The position numbers and the translations under genes are program-made. Below, piece after piece: positions 60,981 to 64,000 of a DNA stretch of 64,000 bases (its first letter is position 1; each line of letters starts with the position of its first letter). Origin of the DNA: Cenococcum geophilum (taxonomy: Eukaryota); the NCBI GenBank assembly GCA_050273025.1, contig CP158635.1, positions 26,598,001 to 26,662,000 on the forward strand. The letters run 5' to 3'. The notes beneath the pieces are model-generated. The model saw only the letters and a list, made by a program, of their open reading frames with translations. It ran no database searches and was not told the origin of the DNA.

Positions 60981-63361
60981 ATTATAGTTTCTATAAATAT
61001 AAAGTTCTTCCTTTTAGACTAATAAACGGACTAGCTACGTATTAAAGGTATATAAATAACGTTCTTTTTAATTACCTAGACAAATTCTATATGGTATACC
61101 TAGACAACATTCTTATATACTTAGACAACGAACTTAAGCATTAAGTTTATATTAAGAAGGTCCTAGAAAGACTATAAAACACAGGCTTATAAGTTAATAT
61201 TAAGAAATATAAGTTTAGGGTAAAACGTATAAAGTACCTCGGGTTTATTATAACTACAGATAGAATTAAGGTTAACTCTAAGAAGGTAAAGGCAATCTGT
61301 AACTAAAAGCCCCCTTATATAGTAAAAGGGATCTAGTTCTTTTTTAGCTTTTATAACTTCTACTACTAGTTTATCTATAACTATAGAATTATAGCAAAAC
61401 CTCTTATTTAACTAACCAGGAAGGATACGCCTTTTATCTTTAATAATAACTATATAAAGGCCTTTAAAGAGATAAAAGATTGGCTTATCTCTTCTTTAGT
61501 CCTTTATTACTATAACCTAGACCTTAAATTAATGCTAGAAACGGACGCTTCTAATAGGGTTATAGCGGGAATCCTATTATAGCTATATCTAGACGATAAA
61601 TAGTACCCTATTGCCTTTTAAAAAAAAAAAACAATAAACCTAGCTAAGTATAACTATAAAGTATATAATAAAGAAATACTAACTATTATTTAATTACTAT
61701 TCTAATAGCGTGCGGAGCTTAAAGGTATAAACTCCTAGATTAAAATATATATAGATTATAAAGCCCTAGAGTACTTTATAACTATAAAGCAGCTTACTAA
61801 ATAGTAAGCCTAGTAAGCTAAAATACTCTTATAATTCTTCTTTATAATTATATATTATTCTAATAAGTAAAACTTTAAGGCTAATACCTTAACCTAAAGA
61901 AAATAAAATATAGGACCCTAAGATAAGCTAAAGACCTAATACTGGACGCGCGCCCTCCTTTACCCTAAACAGCTTAACCCGCAGATCTTTAGGGAGCTAG
62001 ACTTCTAGTATAATAAGCTAGCACTAATAAAGGAGTCCTTAGATAAACTAGTAGGGCTAATTAACCGCCTCCTAACTATAAACCGCATAGCTAACGCCCT
62101 AAAGGCCCTCCGCGACTAAGCAGTAAAAAAACCCCCCCGATTTTAAAATAGAGAAAGGATTACTCCTATACTAGAAGCGACTTATAGTCCCTAATATTAA
62201 CAACTTATAGGCTAAACTAATCCGCGAAGCTTATTGCTAAGTTTCTATAGTATACCCTAGCAAGAATAAGACCCGTAAAATTATTAACTACTGCTATTAT
62301 TAGTTAAGAATAGTTGCGGATATTAACTAATATATATAGAACTGCGAAGACTGCCGGAAAGCTATAACCCTATAAGACAAAACTCTAGGACTACTTTAGC
62401 TACTCCTAATACTAGAGCGCCCTTAGTAGTATATCTTTATAGACTTTTATAAGCTACCTATAGACCGTGACGGGTATAATATAGTTATAGTTATAGTTAA
62501 CTGCTTTAGCAAACACCCGTTCTTAATTCCCTATTATAAAAATATTAATACTAAAGAGGTAGCCTAGCTATATATCCACTACGTCTACTAAGTTTATAGA
62601 CTACTAGATACTATTATGTCTAATTATAGGCTATAGTTTATATTAGCCTTTTAGAACGAGTTTACCTAGATTCTAGATATTAAGCTAAAGCTTTCTATAG
62701 CTTACTACCCCTAAATAAATAGTTAGACGGAGATTATAAATTAGTACCTAGACTAGAGGCTTAGGCCCTTTATTAACTACTTCTAAAATAACTAGTCTAA
62801 ACTACTACCTTTAATAGACTATGCCTAAGTAACCTTACCCTATAACTCTACAGGGTTTGCCCTAATTTAGCTAGAAATGGGATACTTACCCTATATAAGC
62901 TTTAACTAAAAAAAGCTAAAAAAAAACCCTAGACTATATAAGAGAAGCTATTCTATAGTAAGGCCTAATAGTATACTAAATGCTTAGAGGAAGCTTAGAT
63001 AGTAGCTTATAAGAACCTAAAAAAAGCCTAAAGGTTAATAGAATAGTAGGCAAATAAATACTGTTAAAAGCCTAACTTTGCCCCTAGTAATATAGTCTAG
63101 GTTATAATAAAGAATTAGAAAACTAAATAACCTAGCTAAAAGCTAGACTATTAGATAGTAGGACCGTATAAGGTTCTTAAGAAGTTAGACAACTTATATA
63201 AGGTAAAGCTCCCGGATTTAATTAGGGTGTACCCTATTTTCTTACCAGATAAGTTATAAAAAGCTATAATTAACCTATTACCTAAATAAAAGAATAAGCC
63301 TCCCCTGCTAATTTAAGTAAACGGTAATAATAAATAGGAAGTTAATAAAATACTAGCCTAT

Positions 63362-63488
63362 CCCTTAACCCGTTGATTTGGGTCCTACGGTTATTAATAA
63401 GGGACAAGCCAATCGGAGAACCCGGTTTAATGCAGGTGCCCAGTCAAATCCAGTAGCGAATTCTCTAAGGACCCTAACGGGTTAAGGG
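63362..63488. mobile_element. MITE inserted in the Gypsy C chromodomain
   Basis: Perfect TIRs CCCTTAACCCGTT and AACGGGTTAAGGG. GC-balanced interior inside RIPed DNA. Confidence 0.8.
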
Positions 63489-64000
63489 ATAAGATAGTAT
63501 GGGGAATATTAAAATACTATATCTAATAGAAGGGCTATAACCTGGACCTAACCTAGTACCCTATATAAAACTTTATAGGCTACCCCTAGAAGCTTAAAGA
63601 GTTCTATAACTAATACCCTAAAATACTTAAACGAGTAGATAAAATACTAGTATAATAAAGATAATAAGTTACTAGAGGAGTATAGGGATAAGAACGCCCT
63701 AAAGCCCTAATATAACTATCTGCTAAATTCTACTATATTCTGCCGTTTTCTACTAGTACTATAAAACTCTAAATATCTAGAAACTTTAACCGCCAGTTAA
63801 AGTTATCTAATTAATTAGATCCTTACTAAGATTTTTAACAGCTACTCTTCTTAGCCTAGTGTTTCCACTTAACCTACGGTCGCCTTTTAGTACTTAGTCT
63901 AGACGCGCTTATATCTTCTTTCTCCTTATCTTATATTTTATAATCTTACATTTTATAGCCTAGTACTATTTTATTTCTAACTAAGCCTAAGGGCAGGCTT

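Larger units (their letters stand above)
57708..64000 (+). mobile_element. RIP-degenerated Ty3/Gypsy chromovirus (element C), running off the window end
   Basis: 5' LTR at ~57708-57920. Gag knuckle ~59190, SGKE gag end ~59300, protease ALINT (DTG-like) ~59440, RT YLDNILIY ~61096, RNase H ETDAS ~61538, integrase ~62200-62900, chromodomain ~63330-63600. Confidence 0.88.

Overview
Filamentous ascomycete (Pezizomycotina-like) genomic DNA, with GT-AG introns and CTAAC branch sites. AT-rich, RIP-degenerated transposon blocks (about 1-25 kb, 47.4-54 kb and 57-64 kb) alternate with two GC-balanced gene islands. The transposon blocks hold three chromodomain Gypsy elements, one Copia, a Tad-like LINE, several solo LTRs with target-site duplications, a Mutator-like DNA element, a Tc1 remnant and MITEs. 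The main gene island carries a stand-alone retropepsin-like protease, an SRPK-like kinase pseudogene, a Yox1-like homeobox gene, an NmrA-like reductase, two small hydrophilic-protein genes (one broken) and ERV41. Its highlight is a compact candidate regulated-cell-death locus at 38.9-45.6 kb: a TPR-like/subtilisin (S8) fusion protease transcribed divergently from a fungal gasdermin-like gene, followed by a HET-domain gene with an inserted CCHC zinc knuckle. The small second island holds an APH-like phosphotransferase and a DUF6540-like papain-fold gene. All family calls come from motif recognition by eye; no database search was run.
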